Source: an uncultured Gemmatimonadaceae bacterium (GTDB lineage: Bacteria > Gemmatimonadota > Gemmatimonadetes > Gemmatimonadales > Gemmatimonadaceae). Taken from it: DNA of 64,000 bases. The translations under genes were made by a program, and so were the position numbers. Below the pieces are notes generated by a model that saw only the letters and a program-made list of their open reading frames with translations, was not told where the DNA came from and ran no database searches. Within the stretch, counting starts at the first letter, position 1; each line of letters begins with the position of its first letter. The DNA lies in NCBI GenBank assembly GCA_963781585.1, contig CAWAGQ010000004.1, positions 864,001 to 928,000 on the forward strand. Reading direction: 5' to 3'. Positions 10,217 through 21,325 of the stretch are shown in pieces.

Positions 10217-10963
10217 CTACCGCTCCCGCGGCGTGCCGAAGGTCGTGATCTGCCGGTCCTGGTAGACGGGGATCACGGAGCAGGTGTCGATGCCGGCGCA
10301 CACCACCAGATCCTCGGCGTACCCGTTGGTGGAGAGGGCGCGCCCGTGGGTGCTGGCAGCGAACATCCGCGACAGATCGTGGCCGTATCGCTTGTCGATC
10401 AGGACAGCCACGGTGGCGGCGTCATTGAGGTCGGCCCGCCGGCCGCGCCGCGTCATCCCGCGAACGAACCGTCCAGCGCAGGCGGCGTCTTCGAGCGAGA
10501 AGCGGCGTTCCCGCCCCGCGCAGACGATCGCGATGTCGGCATCGGCACGGGCCGCCGCCCGCAGCATCGCCAGCACCGCGGAGTAGTTGACGTACGAACC
10601 CACTACCACATCGCGCGCGCTCTGGCTGTTGACCAGCGCCCCGGTGCCATTGGTCGTGGTGAACAGGATGGTCTTGCCCTCGACGGCCTCTCGCGTGAAG
10701 TCGCGTGGGGAATTTCCCAGGTCGAAACCGGGAATCGCGTGCATCCGCCGTTCTCCCGCCAGCAGCACCTCACGGCGCTCGAATGCCTTCCGGCGGGTGA
10801 TCGCTTCCTCCGCGTCCTCGAAGGGGATGATGTTCTTCGCGCCGTTGGCCAGGGCCACCGCGATGGTCGTGGATGCGCGCAGGACATCGATCACGAGCAC
10901 CACCCGTCCACTCACATCCGCCGGTGTCAGCGACCCCCCACTGAAGAAGACGTCTATCCGCAC
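10217..10963 (-). CDS. comB: 2-phosphosulfolactate phosphatase family protein (ComB-like)
   Basis: VIDVLRASTT, LAGER, FDLGNSP, TTTNGT, SLEDAACAG. Confidence 0.88.
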   Translation of the reverse strand: MRIDVFFSGGSLTPADVSGRVVLVIDVLRASTTIAVALANGAKNIIPFEDAEEAITRRKAFERREVLLAGERRMHAIPGFDLGNSPRDFTREAVEGKTILFTTTNGTGALVNSQSARDVVVGSYVNYSAVLAMLRAAARADADIAIVCAGRERRFSLEDAACAGRFVRGMTRRGRRADLNDAATVAVLIDKRYGHDLSRMFAASTHGRALSTNGYAEDLVVCAGIDTCSVIPVYQDRQITTFGTPRER

Positions 10964-10964
10964 C

Positions 10965-12320
10965 CTACCCGGGGTCCTTGAAGAGGCCGACTTCGCGTTC
11001 AAGGAACTTGGTGTCGAAGTCGCCGGCTCGAAAGCGCTCATGGTCCAGCACGCGTCCCAGGAAAGCGGTGGTAGTGGTAACGCCCTCGATGATAAAACTG
11101 TCGAGCGCGATCTGCATGCGGCGGATTGCCTCGTCGCGGTTATCGCCCTGCGCGATCAGCTTCGCCAACAGAGAATCGTAATACGGTGGCACCGTGTAGC
11201 CGGTGTAGACGTGGGTGTCGACGCGAATGCCCGGACCGCCCGGGGGATGAAATACCTCGATGCGTCCCGGACTGGGTTGGAAAGCCCGGGCCGGGTCCTC
11301 GGCGTTGATGCGGCATTCGATCACGTGGCCCCGCAGCGGCGGGATCTCTGCAATGGACAGCTCCTCGCCGGCCGCCACGCGGATCTGCTCCTTCACCAGG
11401 TCCACTCCAGTCAACACCTCGGTTACGGGATGCTCGACCTGGATGCGCGTGTTCATTTCCATGAAGTAGAACTCGCCCGTTTCGTCCAGGAGCATCTCGA
11501 TCGTGCCGGCTCCCACGTATGAAATGGCCTTCGCGCCGCGCACCGCGGCGTCCCCCATCTCCTCGCGAAGTGCCGGTGTGACCGCCGGGCTCGGCGCCTC
11601 CTCGATCAGCTTCTGATGACGCCGCTGGATGGAACAGTCGCGTTCACCCAGGTGCAGCAGGTGCCCGTGCTGGTCTCCGAGAATCTGGAATTCGATGTGC
11701 CTGGGTCGGGCGAGGTACTTCTCGACGTAGACTTCGTCGTTGCCGAACGCGGAGAGCGCCTCGGAGCGGGCCAGCGAGAACGATCGTGAGAACTCGGCGT
11801 CGTTCCTGGCCACGCGCATTCCCTTGCCCCCACCGCCGGCTGCCGCCTTGATGATGACGGGGAACCCGATCTCGCGGGCTACTGCCGCTGCGTCGTCCGG
11901 ATCGGAAACCGGACCCGGTGACCCGGGAACAATGGGGACACCCACCTTTGCCATCGCCTTTCGCGCCTCGGCCTTGTCGCCCATGACGCGAAGCTGTTCG
12001 ACCGTTGGGCCGATGAAGGTGATGTTCGATGCCGCGCACGTTTCCGCGAATTCGGCGTTTTCGGCCAGGAACCCGTAGCCCGGATGAATCGCGTCGGCGC
12101 CCGTGATTTCGGCGGCCGCGATGATGCGCGGAATCTTGAGGTACGACTCCTTGGCCGGCGGAGGACCGATGCATACGTCGTCGTCGGCGAACCGGACGTG
12201 CAGCGACTCGCGATCTGCCTCGGAATAGATGGCGACGGTTTCGATGCCGAGTTCGCGGCAGGCACGGATCACGCGCAGCGCGATCTCACCCCGGTTCGCG
12301 ACAAGGACTTTCCTGAACAT
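10965..12320 (-). CDS. accC: acetyl-CoA carboxylase biotin carboxylase subunit
   Basis: [53 protein letters not shown]. Confidence 0.98.
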   Translation of the reverse strand: MFRKVLVANRGEIALRVIRACRELGIETVAIYSEADRESLHVRFADDDVCIGPPPAKESYLKIPRIIAAAEITGADAIHPGYGFLAENAEFAETCAASNITFIGPTVEQLRVMGDKAEARKAMAKVGVPIVPGSPGPVSDPDDAAAVAREIGFPVIIKAAAGGGGKGMRVARNDAEFSRSFSLARSEALSAFGNDEVYVEKYLARPRHIEFQILGDQHGHLLHLGERDCSIQRRHQKLIEEAPSPAVTPALREEMGDAAVRGAKAISYVGAGTIEMLLDETGEFYFMEMNTRIQVEHPVTEVLTGVDLVKEQIRVAAGEELSIAEIPPLRGHVIECRINAEDPARAFQPSPGRIEVFHPPGGPGIRVDTHVYTGYTVPPYYDSLLAKLIAQGDNRDEAIRRMQIALDSFIIEGVTTTTAFLGRVLDHERFRAGDFDTKFLEREVGLFKDPG

Positions 12321-12349
12321 GCGGCGTCGTCAGGCGTTCGCCGGGCGCG

Positions 12350-13519
12350 CTACTTGGAGTCCCTCTGAAATTCGTCCCACGACGTGTCGCTCGATGCCGC
12401 CACCCCTTGTACCCGGAGCGCGAACTCGCTCGGGTTCGACGCGTAGAACAGCGCGCTCTCGTAGGAAATGACTCCCTTCGTGTACCAGAGCATCAGGGAC
12501 TGGTCGAAGCTCTGCATGCCGTACTGCGCGGTCCCTTCCTTGATGAGATCCGGAATATTGAGGGTCTTCGTCACATCGCGAATCTGGTCTCGCACGGCGG
12601 CGGTGTTGATCAGGATCTCGCACGCCGGAACGCGGCCCGGGCGATCGCACCGGGGGACCAGCCGCTGCGACACGACTGCGGTCAGCGCACTGGACAGGGC
12701 GTACCGCACCTCGTTCTGCTGGTGCGGCGGATAGAACGAGAGAATGCGATTGATGGTCTGGGTGGCGTCGGTCGTGTGCAGAGTCGAGAACACCAGGTGA
12801 CCGGTGTCGGCCGCCTTGAGGGCCGTGTCGAGCGTGTCGGGATCGCGAATTTCACCGATCAGGACGACGTCCGGGTCCTGGCGGAGCACCCGTCGCAGCG
12901 CCTGCGCAAAACTCCCGGTATCGGTGCCGATCTCTCGCTGGTTGATGTGGCACTTGAGGTCGCGATGCAGGAATTCGATCGGGTCCTCGATAGTGATGAT
13001 GTTCGCGTATCTCCGCTCGTTGATCAGCTGGATCATCGACGCGAGCGTGGTGGACTTGCCCGAGCCGGTCACACCCGTCACGAGCACCAGACCTCGAGGA
13101 GACAGCGACACCGATTCGACGATGGCCGGCAGGTTGAGCTCGCCGATCGATCGCGCCTGATGCGGAATCGTGCGGATGGCGAAGGCGATCGTCCCGCGTT
13201 GCTGGTACGCGTTGACGCGAAAGCGACCGATTCCCGGAACACCGGTGGCGAAATCCGCCTCCCGGTATTCGGTGAATTCCTTCACCTGCTTGGGCGACAT
13301 GCTCTCCTTGGCGAGCGCGTTCAGGTCCTCCGGCCGCAACGCCGGCAACGGCAGCGGGGACAGATCGCCGTGGATACGAAGGGTCGGTGGACGTCCGACC
13401 TTGAGGTGAAGATCGGAGGCGCCCAGCTGCACCATCTGCTGGAGAATCGCCTTGAAGTTGAAGGGAGGGCGCGCCGCGCTGTGAGCGGTCGCGTCGAGGC
13501 CCTGAACCGAACTAGCCAT
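12350..13519 (-). CDS. pilT: PilT/PilU family type IV pilus retraction ATPase
   Basis: [57 protein letters not shown]. The PilT AIRNLIRE motif reads AVRDQIRD, so PilT versus PilU is uncertain. Confidence 0.88.
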   Translation of the reverse strand: MASSVQGLDATAHSAARPPFNFKAILQQMVQLGASDLHLKVGRPPTLRIHGDLSPLPLPALRPEDLNALAKESMSPKQVKEFTEYREADFATGVPGIGRFRVNAYQQRGTIAFAIRTIPHQARSIGELNLPAIVESVSLSPRGLVLVTGVTGSGKSTTLASMIQLINERRYANIITIEDPIEFLHRDLKCHINQREIGTDTGSFAQALRRVLRQDPDVVLIGEIRDPDTLDTALKAADTGHLVFSTLHTTDATQTINRILSFYPPHQQNEVRYALSSALTAVVSQRLVPRCDRPGRVPACEILINTAAVRDQIRDVTKTLNIPDLIKEGTAQYGMQSFDQSLMLWYTKGVISYESALFYASNPSEFALRVQGVAASSDTSWDEFQRDSK

Positions 13520-14015
13520 TGGGGTCCACCCGGAAAAGAACCTGACCGTACTCCACGGGGTGAGCGTCCTGCACGCAGACCTCTTTCACGACGCCGGCGA
13601 ATTCCGATTCAATCTCGTTCATGATCTTCATCGCCTCGATGATGCACAGCACCTGTCCCTTCGAGATCCTGGCCCCCATCGTCACGTACGGTTTGGTCCC
13701 TGGTTCGGGTTGCGCATAGAACGTTCCGACCATCGGAGACTTCACCTCCAGCAGCGGCGTCTTCGGCGCCTCCACCACCGGTGGCGCCGAGTCCGGGACA
13801 GCCTGAGATCCATCGGTCGGTGTCACGCGGCCGGGCGTCGCCGAGGGCGCCACCGCGGGCATGGGAACCGGCGTCGGACTCTGAACCGGACCACGGTGTT
13901 GCGGCGTCTTCGAGATGCGGATCTTCATCCCCTTGTCGGAGGAAATCTCGACCGAATCGACGGTCGATCCGTCCAGCATCTCGATGAGCTTCTTTACATA
14001 TCGTAAGTCGATCAT
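13512..14015 (-). CDS. accB: acetyl-CoA carboxylase biotin carboxyl carrier protein
   Basis: KSPMVGTFY, EAMKIMNEIE biotinylation motif, VEYGQVLF, Pro/Ala linker. Confidence 0.96.
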   Translation of the reverse strand: MIDLRYVKKLIEMLDGSTVDSVEISSDKGMKIRISKTPQHRGPVQSPTPVPMPAVAPSATPGRVTPTDGSQAVPDSAPPVVEAPKTPLLEVKSPMVGTFYAQPEPGTKPYVTMGARISKGQVLCIIEAMKIMNEIESEFAGVVKEVCVQDAHPVEYGQVLFRVDPNG

Positions 14016-14043
14016 ACCCGGGTCTTGGTCACGCATCCGGTCC

Positions 14044-15132
14044 TCACGCCAGCTCGAGGAGCTCGCGGGGAAACTCCGTCAGAACCTCCGCGCCGTCCGC
14101 GCTGAGGTGTACATCGTCTTCGATGCGTACGCCTCCCCACCCCGGGATGTAGGCCCCGGGCTCGATCGTCACGACGGCGCCCGGTGGCAGCACCCCGTCC
14201 GCAGTTCTGGAAAGGCGCGGCGACTCGTGGACTTCCAGTCCCAGGCCATGACCCAACCCGTGCCCGAAGGCATCGCCAAATCCGCGCGCTCCCAGAACGT
14301 CACGTGCGATGGCGTCAGCGTCCCGACCACGCATGCCGGCACGTACCCCCGCGCGCGCCGCCCCGCCGGCATCGCGAACCGCCGCGTGGACCTCCACCTG
14401 GCGTTCAGTCGCGCGGCCCACCACCACCGTCCGTGTCACGTCCGCACAGTAACCGCCGGCCACCGCCCCAAAATCCAACAGCAGAAACTCGCCGCGCGCA
14501 ATGGCGCGGTCTCCCGGACTCGCGTGAGGCAGCGCGCTCCGCGCCCCTGAAGCAACAATCGCGTCGAACGGGTGCCGTTCGGATCCCGCGTCGCGCAGGT
14601 GGCGCTCGAGGAGACCGGCGACCGCCAGTTCGCTCAGTCCCGGGCGTACGTCAGCCAGCGTCTTCGCCAGGGCCGCGGTGGCAATCTGGCCCGCCTGTCG
14701 GATCAGCTCGACCTCGCACGCATCCTTGCGCTCCCGCAACGACTCCACCAGGTCCGTCGTCGGGCGCCAGTGCCATTTGTTGCCTTCATCCAGAAGACGC
14801 TGGAAGTCGCGATGCGTCAGGTGCGCCGACTCGAACCCGGCGGCGCTCACGCCAGCGGTTTCGCCCAACATCGCCCACAACCCCGTCCACACGCTCACGC
14901 TCTCCACGCGAACGCGCGCCGTGTTCCCGACTTCCTCGGCAACCTGGATCTCGTAACGGAAATCGGTGAGGAAGAGGAGATCGCGGGCGGTCACGAACAC
15001 CAGCGCGTTCGATCCGCTGAACCCCGTCAGGTAGCGGATGTTCGCGAGGCCGGAAACGAGAAGCCCGTCGAGGTGTGAGTCGACGAGCCGGTCGCGAAGG
15101 GCGGCGAGCCTCCGAGGTCGCGCGTCAGCCAC
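14044..15132 (-). CDS. Xaa-Pro aminopeptidase/dipeptidase (M24 family)
   Basis: [20 protein letters not shown]...[33 protein letters not shown]. Confidence 0.93.
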   Translation of the reverse strand: MADARPRRLAALRDRLVDSHLDGLLVSGLANIRYLTGFSGSNALVFVTARDLLFLTDFRYEIQVAEEVGNTARVRVESVSVWTGLWAMLGETAGVSAAGFESAHLTHRDFQRLLDEGNKWHWRPTTDLVESLRERKDACEVELIRQAGQIATAALAKTLADVRPGLSELAVAGLLERHLRDAGSERHPFDAIVASGARSALPHASPGDRAIARGEFLLLDFGAVAGGYCADVTRTVVVGRATERQVEVHAAVRDAGGAARAGVRAGMRGRDADAIARDVLGARGFGDAFGHGLGHGLGLEVHESPRLSRTADGVLPPGAVVTIEPGAYIPGWGGVRIEDDVHLSADGAEVLTEFPRELLELA

Positions 15133-15565
15133 GGCGCGAGAGGCTCGCAACGAGTCCTCGCAACGCCAGTTCGTACCCGTAGGCGCCGAACCCGCAGATC
15201 ATCGCCCGCGCGCTCGAGGCAAGCAACGACCGTCGTCGCTCGGGCTCGCGCGCAAAGATGTTGGACAGGTGGACCTCGACGAATGGGAGTGACAGTGCGG
15301 CCAGGGCATCGCGGATTGCGAGGCTCGTGTGGGTATAAGCCCCAGCGTTGATAATCGCACCGTCCGCCGATCCCCGCATCCCCTGAATCGCGTCGATTAG
15401 AACACCCTCATGATTCGACTGCACGAACTCGAGCTCGACACCCAGGTCGCGTGCGATATCCCGAAGCCGCGCCTCGATGTCAGCGAGCGTCGTCGTTCCG
15501 TAGACGTCGGGCTCCCGGGTGCCCAGAAGATTCAGATTGGGTCCGTTGAGGACAGCGATCCTCAC
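15125..15565 (-). CDS. aroQ: type II 3-dehydroquinate dehydratase
   Basis: [43 protein letters not shown]. Confidence 0.97.
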   Translation of the reverse strand: MRIAVLNGPNLNLLGTREPDVYGTTTLADIEARLRDIARDLGVELEFVQSNHEGVLIDAIQGMRGSADGAIINAGAYTHTSLAIRDALAALSLPFVEVHLSNIFAREPERRRSLLASSARAMICGFGAYGYELALRGLVASLSRRG

Positions 15566-17634
15566 TTCTTCTTCAGTCCGTCGAGCCAGGTGTTGAATTG
15601 CTGAATGTCCTTCGCCCGCTCATCGGCGACGGACTCCGTTCCGTCCGTAGTCGGAGTCTCGCCCGGCTGCGCGTCATAGAACGCGTCGAGGGTTGGCGCC
15701 GCCGCCGGCTCTTCGTGGAAGAGATGGTCGAGCGAGAGTTCGCGCTGCGAGACGCGAGACGGCCGACCCACTGACGGCATTCCGTTCGAGAAAGCAGCCG
15801 CCAACGAGGCAGCCGCTGAATCCTCCTGCGGGGGCGGCGGCGCGCCAAACAGCTCGGTCAAGCCGGGTGATCCTGACGGCAGTCCAGGCAGGCTCAGGTC
15901 GGTTGCAGCGTGAGGCTGATTCTCCGTGGAGGCCGACGCGAGAGTATCGGACGGCGGGGCCGCCGACTCGGCCGCCAGCATGTCGGGGCCGTCGTGTGGC
16001 GCCCGCCTGGGATCCGCCGTGCGATGGCGCTGGTGCGGAATCCGACGGGCCAGCAATCCGAAGAACGTGCGCACCGATTGCGCGGCCATTTCTCCGCCCG
16101 CGACGCGGTGCGACGCGGGAGTCGCAACGAGCGCCTCGGCGCCCGCACCGGTTTGAAGCCCCTCTATGAGACCTCGAAGAGTATCGTCTGACGGATTGCG
16201 GCTGAGCAACTCCCTGTAGATCTCGAGCGCCTCTTCGCGAAACCCCTGTTCGAGGTACAATTCCGCAAGCGTTTCCGTTGCGAAGGGAGCCAGTGCAGGC
16301 CGGTCCGGCGGTGGCGCGCTCGTATATGCGATGGGTGTTTCCCACGCATCAGATTGGGGTAGTCCGTGAACGTCGTCGTCGACCTGGTCGGCGCGCTCGA
16401 GGTGAACTCCCTGATCAGGCTGGTCGGCGCGCTCGAGGTGAACATCCTGATCAGGCTGGTCGGCGTGCTCGAGGTGAACATCCTGATCAGGCTGGTCGGC
16501 GTGCTCGAGGTGAACACCCTGATCAGGATGGTCGGCGTGATCAGGCTGGTCGCCGTAGTCTGGCAGTTCGAGTGGCGCGGACGCGGCGGCGTCTGATGGC
16601 GTGAGGCCTTCCATTGCGGACTCGGCCACCCCGTGAGCGGCGGTTCCGAAAAGCGCTTCGATGTCATCCTCTGCCGGGCCCGCGCTCACCGACTCTTCCT
16701 CGTCCAGAGGGAATGCGAGGGTATCGTCGTCGGCATCCGTATCGAACGGGCCATCGAACCAGTCGTGCGGCGCCGCGTCGGAGTCCGGTTCGGATGTATC
16801 GGAAGCGGGGCCATCCCAAGAGGTGTCCAGGCCCGCATGAGCGTCGTGGGATTCCGCTGGCGGACCGAAGGCTGAGTCGTCGGCACGATCGGCTGCGTCG
16901 GCCGCGCCGGTCTGATGCGACGAGAGCCACGAAGTCGATGACACATCCTGCTCGTCCGCCGGAGGTGGTGTATCCACCGTCCCGGGCCAGACCGCCTCTT
17001 CCGCCAGAGAGTCGCTGGAAACAGCTAGCGGTTCCGAGTTCGCGTCGGCAAGCGGCTCCGCCGCAGCCGACACATCCATCGGCGGATTGGCGGGAGTCGA
17101 TGCGTTCTCCGACTCGGCGTTGTGCCACGACTCCCCGTGGGACACGGCTACGGCCCCGGCGTCAGCCGCGATTGCCGTATCCGGTGAGGAATCAGCGCGG
17201 TCCCCCTCGGTCGACGCGTGCCCCTCGTCGTTAGGTTCGTCTTCGAGTCCGGCCATGATGGCGGCGATCTCGCTGTTCCGCGGATCGGCGTCGAGCACGC
17301 GCTGATACCAGGTCCGCGCATCGTCGCGGTCTCCGCGCTCACGCGCGATGTCACCCATGTAGCGAAGCGCGATGAGATTCTCGGGATCGAGCCCGAGGGC
17401 GGACTCGAACGCCGAGCGCGCGCCGTCGAGGTCCGCCAGATCGAAGAGCGCCTGGGCCAGCACAATGTGACCGCTGACGTGCCCCGGTTGCGACGCAAGC
17501 TGCGAACGACAGATGTCGATCGCCTGCGTCAGGTCTCCGAGTTTCCTCAGTTCGTTCGCAAGTGGCGCGAAGTACCGGCGGGGATTCTCGTCGAATTTCT
17601 GCTTCAGCTCTTCGATTCGTACTGAGGTGGCCAT
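15562..17634 (-). CDS. TPR protein with long acidic disordered linker (690 aa)
   Basis: N-terminal TPRs ([11 protein letters not shown]...[13 protein letters not shown]), Asp/Ala/Pro-rich middle, [16 protein letters not shown]-terminal FNTWLDGLK helix. Confidence 0.8.
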   Translation of the reverse strand: MATSVRIEELKQKFDENPRRYFAPLANELRKLGDLTQAIDICRSQLASQPGHVSGHIVLAQALFDLADLDGARSAFESALGLDPENLIALRYMGDIARERGDRDDARTWYQRVLDADPRNSEIAAIMAGLEDEPNDEGHASTEGDRADSSPDTAIAADAGAVAVSHGESWHNAESENASTPANPPMDVSAAAEPLADANSEPLAVSSDSLAEEAVWPGTVDTPPPADEQDVSSTSWLSSHQTGAADAADRADDSAFGPPAESHDAHAGLDTSWDGPASDTSEPDSDAAPHDWFDGPFDTDADDDTLAFPLDEEESVSAGPAEDDIEALFGTAAHGVAESAMEGLTPSDAAASAPLELPDYGDQPDHADHPDQGVHLEHADQPDQDVHLEHADQPDQDVHLERADQPDQGVHLERADQVDDDVHGLPQSDAWETPIAYTSAPPPDRPALAPFATETLAELYLEQGFREEALEIYRELLSRNPSDDTLRGLIEGLQTGAGAEALVATPASHRVAGGEMAAQSVRTFFGLLARRIPHQRHRTADPRRAPHDGPDMLAAESAAPPSDTLASASTENQPHAATDLSLPGLPSGSPGLTELFGAPPPPQEDSAAASLAAAFSNGMPSVGRPSRVSQRELSLDHLFHEEPAAAPTLDAFYDAQPGETPTTDGTESVADERAKDIQQFNTWLDGLKKK
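16384..16551. repeat. 36-bp tandem repeat (4 copies plus a partial) encoding HLE(H/R)ADQPDQ(D/G)V
   Basis: Unit ctggtcggcg(c/t)gctcgaggtgaac(a/t)(t/c)cctgatcagg at 16384, 16420, 16456 and 16492, then a degenerate copy. In frame, no spacers. Confidence 0.92.
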
Positions 17635-17816
17635 ACCCAGCCCCCGGTTTCATCGTGCCGAACGGGCGCACCTGGTGTGTGCGCGGGATCGTATGCCAGA
17701 CGACCGACGACTCGCAGAAGTGACACTGTAACTTGATTTTAGACGCAGATCACAAATAGCTTTCCTGGTTCGAATTGTAAGGTATTTCTTCCGAATCCAC
17801 CCAGGAGTTTGCGCCC

Positions 17817-19646
17817 GTGCTGCAGCAAATGCGGAGCGCCGCAAAATGGATCTGGTTGTTCGTTGTCGCCTTCTTCGTGGGCGGCTTCCTGCTCTTTCAG
17901 ACGTCAGGCCTCATGGGCCGCGAGAAGGTTACCTCCTCGACCGTGGTTGCGACGGTCAACGGCGTCGACATACCGTATCTGACGTGGGCGAACCTCTCAA
18001 ATAGCCTCGCCCAGCAACAGGAAGCATCGACGGGACATGCACTTACGCTTGACGGGCGGCACCAGGTCGAGGACCAGGCGTTCGAGCAGCTCGTGTCGAA
18101 TATCGTGCTCGAGCAGGAGTACCGCCGCCGTGGAATCCGGGTCAGCGACGACGAGGTGATCCAGGCGGCTCAGCTGAGTCCACCGCCGGAAATCGTCCAG
18201 AACCCCGAATTCCAGACGGACGGTCGGTTCGACATCGACAAGTGGCAGCGGTTTCTCAAGAGTCCGGCGGCCCGCCAGGGTAACGTCCTGCTTTCGCTCG
18301 AGGACTATTATCGCAACGAGATCCCGCGGTCCAAGCTGTTCGACCAGATCGCGAGTGACGTCTACGTCTCTGACGCCAAGCTCTGGAGCGTCTATCGCGA
18401 TGGGCACGATTCGGCGCAGGTGAGCTACGTCACATTCGACGCCTCGGCGTTGCCGGACAGCGGCGTTCAGGTCACCGACGAGGAGATCCGGCAATACTAC
18501 GAACGCAACAAGAAGCGCTTTGAGCGCGGCGGGCGCGCCATTGTCAGTCTTCTCACCATCCCCCGCAGCATCTCTGCCGCCGACAGCGCCGCGGCACGCG
18601 CCAGGACGCTCGAGCTTCGCGACGAGATCGTGAAGGGGGCCGCATTCGAAGACGTGGCCCGTCGCGAATCGGCCGACAGCGCGTCGGCCACACAGGGCGG
18701 CCTGCTGGGAGTGTTGGCCCGCGGACGCTTTGTACCCGAGTTCGAGAAGGCGGCCTTCGCCCTCAAGCCCGGCGAGCTCTCGCAGCCGGTGCTAACCAGC
18801 TTCGGATATCACCTGATTCGGGTCGAACCGCACAAGGGCGATTCCACCACGGTCTCTCACATTCTCGTTCGCATCACGCAGAACGACTCGTCAGCGGTGG
18901 CGACCGATCGGATGGCGGATACGCTCGCACGCATCGCAGCATCCAGCACCGAGTCGTCGCACTTCGACAGCGCAGCCAAGGTGCTCGGGCTCAGGCCGGA
19001 GATCGTGCAGGCGTACGAGGGGCAACCCCTTCTTGGCGCGCATGGTGTGGTGCCGAGCGTGAGTGCCTGGGCGTTCTCAGGGGTGCGGGTCGGTGAGACA
19101 AGCGACCTGTATGACTCGGACGACGGGTACTTTCTCGCGCGGCTCGACACGCTGTACGAAGGAGGCACCGCGCCGCTCGACGAAGTCCGCGGCGACATTC
19201 GTGCCGCCCTGGCACGTCGCAGAAAGGCGGAATCCCTGGTGCCGAAGGCCAGCGAGTTGGCGAAGGCGGCCTCGTCTACCAGCCTCGAGGCGGCCGCGAA
19301 ATCACACGATGTTCAGGTCACGAAGAGCCCGATGTTCTCCCGTAGCATGACCGTTCCCGGGCTCGGCCGACTGAACGAGGCGATTGGAGCGGCGTTCACG
19401 CTGCCTGTCGGTGTCGTGAGCGCTCCCGTGGTTACCAATGACGCTGTGTACGTAATGCGTGTGGACAAGCGGGTGAACGCGAGCCGCGACGAATGGGAGA
19501 AGCAGAAGACGGTTCAGCGCAGTCAATTGACCGAGGCTCTGCGCCAAACGCGCCTCAGGGACTACCTGGACGGCCTTCGCAAGCACGCCGACGTCAAGGA
19601 CAAGCGCAAAGCCCTGAACGCCGCCGCCCGTGAGCAGGGGTCCTGA
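17817..19646 (+). CDS. PpiD/SurA-type periplasmic peptidyl-prolyl isomerase/chaperone
   Basis: N-terminal TM anchor, SurA_N-like region, parvulin domain (FEDVARRESAD, GGLLG, FVPEFEKAAF, SQPVLTSFGYHLI). AGGAG SD before the GTG. Confidence 0.88.
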   Translation: MLQQMRSAAKWIWLFVVAFFVGGFLLFQTSGLMGREKVTSSTVVATVNGVDIPYLTWANLSNSLAQQQEASTGHALTLDGRHQVEDQAFEQLVSNIVLEQEYRRRGIRVSDDEVIQAAQLSPPPEIVQNPEFQTDGRFDIDKWQRFLKSPAARQGNVLLSLEDYYRNEIPRSKLFDQIASDVYVSDAKLWSVYRDGHDSAQVSYVTFDASALPDSGVQVTDEEIRQYYERNKKRFERGGRAIVSLLTIPRSISAADSAAARARTLELRDEIVKGAAFEDVARRESADSASATQGGLLGVLARGRFVPEFEKAAFALKPGELSQPVLTSFGYHLIRVEPHKGDSTTVSHILVRITQNDSSAVATDRMADTLARIAASSTESSHFDSAAKVLGLRPEIVQAYEGQPLLGAHGVVPSVSAWAFSGVRVGETSDLYDSDDGYFLARLDTLYEGGTAPLDEVRGDIRAALARRRKAESLVPKASELAKAASSTSLEAAAKSHDVQVTKSPMFSRSMTVPGLGRLNEAIGAAFTLPVGVVSAPVVTNDAVYVMRVDKRVNASRDEWEKQKTVQRSQLTEALRQTRLRDYLDGLRKHADVKDKRKALNAAAREQGS

Positions 19647-19675
19647 CCCGAAATCCGAAACGCCCCGAACGAACC

Positions 19676-19706
19676 AACGCCCGTCGGTAACCCGACGGGC
19701 GTTTTT
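19676..19706 (+). terminator. intrinsic terminator
   Basis: 12-bp perfect stem AACGCCCGTCGG / CCGACGGGCGTT, loop TAAC, followed by TTT. Lies between convergent genes. Confidence 0.8.
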
Positions 19707-19775
19707 CCTCCCCTCACGACTCGGAGACCGGCGAAAAGGCCGGTACTCACAAACGCGGTCCCGGGACTGCCGCGC

Positions 19776-20030
19776 TCAACCCAGAAGCCGCTTCGGCTCC
19801 GGTCTCGACTCCTCTTCCTGCTGGACCACCGGATCCCGATCGGGAAGCCGATCCGCCCGCGAATCTCCTTCGCGAATGGAGCGATCCACGTCGCTGATCC
19901 CGCGCTTGAATTCCTTGATGCTCTTCCCGAACGAAGATCCGATCTCGGGCAGCCGCTTTGCTCCGAAGAGGAGCAACACCACCACGAGAATGAGGAGGAT
20001 CTCCATGAATCCCAGATTGCCGAAGTTCAT
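19776..20030 (-). CDS. tatA: twin-arginine translocase TatA/TatE
   Basis: LGFMEILLILVVVLLLFGAKRLPEIGSSFGKSIKEFKRG. Confidence 0.95.
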   Translation of the reverse strand: MNFGNLGFMEILLILVVVLLLFGAKRLPEIGSSFGKSIKEFKRGISDVDRSIREGDSRADRLPDRDPVVQQEEESRPEPKRLLG

Positions 20031-20039
20031 ACGCCTCTC

Positions 20040-20321
20040 CTAGAAGAGCGATCGCGCGATCAGGTAGGCGATCAGTACCCCGACCAGACTCAGTAGCGAC
20101 ACGTCGAGGGCGATGGGCCCCAACGCGAACTTCAAGATAATCAAGTCTACCTGAATCGGACCTAACTGGGGATGTACTCCCGTGGTCATGAATTCCTTTA
20201 CAGCCCCAACCGGCAGGAACTTGCGGGCAAAGTGGGTCATGAAGCCACCCACGATGAAGCCTATGGAGAGCACCACGGCATGGAAGAGGGGGCGCCGCCT
20301 GGTCGAGCCCTTGTTGATCAT
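20040..20321 (-). CDS. small membrane protein (DUF4321-like)
   Basis: Two hydrophobic segments, coupled to its neighbours. Family recalled from memory, not searched. Confidence 0.65.
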   Translation of the reverse strand: MINKGSTRRRPLFHAVVLSIGFIVGGFMTHFARKFLPVGAVKEFMTTGVHPQLGPIQVDLIILKFALGPIALDVSLLSLVGVLIAYLIARSLF

Positions 20322-21325
20322 CAGGATCGCCTATCCATGACGTAGCCAATCGTGTCGTAAAGTGCGCTCCGGCACGTCGAGTCGGGAAGGGTCGCCAGCG
20401 CTTCCTCCGCACGCGCCGCGTACTCTTCTCCCCGCCGGCGCGCGGCGTCCAGTCCCCCCAGGTCCCGCACGATCTCCACGACCGCCGCGATCTGCTCATC
20501 CCCGGGCTCTGGCGACGCGAAGAGGCCATCCACGACGCTTCGGGCACCCCGGGACATGCGCGGAAGGGCCGCGATCAGTGGCAAGGTCACCTTGTGCTCC
20601 CGGAGATCGAGCCCCGCGGGCTTCCCCAGCGTTTCGGCGGCCTCCGTATAGTCGAGCAGGTCATCCACCACTTGAAAAGCCATGCCCAGGTGACTCCCGA
20701 AGGCGGCCAGCTGTTCGCGAAATGCCACGGCGCCGCACAGGGCTCCAACCTCGCATGCCGCTGAGAACAGGGCAGCCGTCTTTGCCCGAATCAGGAATTC
20801 GTAGTCCTCGTCGGAGAACGCCAATGCGTCGAGGCACGACAGTTGACGCATCTCGCCAACAGTGAGTTCATTCGACGCTTTCGCGAAAACGCGCAGGGCC
20901 TCGAGATCCGCCAGCCGCACCAGCTCCTGCACGGCGCGGGAGTACAGGAAATCGCCCGCGATGACCGCCACCTCATGGGTGAACATCGAATTGATCGTCG
21001 GCATGCCGCGACGCAGCACGGAGTGATCAACTGCGTCGTCATGCACCAGCGTAGCGAGGTGAATCAGCTCGACAACCGCGGCGTGCGCCGAGGCCCTGGG
21101 CTCGGCTACTCCCTCGACGCCGCTGGACAACAGCAGGAGCGTGGGGCGCAGCATCTTGCCCCTGACGAGCAGGAGGTGCTCGTTCACGCCGCGGAACAGT
21201 TCGCCATCGACCGCGACAATGCGCCACATCTCCGCGGGCACCCGGGACAGGGCGGCCGAAACAGAGCCCTGAATGTCGCCGAGGGACACAGCGCCCGCAG
21301 CCGGCGTGCGGATGCGCGCCGTCAC
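20321..21325 (-). CDS. polyprenyl diphosphate synthase (IspB/HepT-like)
   Basis: GKMLRP, ELIHLATLVHDDAVD..RRG (FARM), AKTAALF, FQVVDDLLD (SARM). Confidence 0.94.
   Translation of the reverse strand: MTARIRTPAAGAVSLGDIQGSVSAALSRVPAEMWRIVAVDGELFRGVNEHLLLVRGKMLRPTLLLLSSGVEGVAEPRASAHAAVVELIHLATLVHDDAVDHSVLRRGMPTINSMFTHEVAVIAGDFLYSRAVQELVRLADLEALRVFAKASNELTVGEMRQLSCLDALAFSDEDYEFLIRAKTAALFSAACEVGALCGAVAFREQLAAFGSHLGMAFQVVDDLLDYTEAAETLGKPAGLDLREHKVTLPLIAALPRMSRGARSVVDGLFASPEPGDEQIAAVVEIVRDLGGLDAARRRGEEYAARAEEALATLPDSTCRSALYDTIGYVMDRRS

Noticed and set aside
10217..10963. comB as evidence of coenzyme M biosynthesis
   Set aside because: No comA/comC/comDE in the window. Stand-alone ComB-family phosphatases are widespread.
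16384..16551. 36-bp repeats as a CRISPR array
   Set aside because: The units are head-to-tail with no spacers, lie in frame within a CDS, and no cas genes are present.
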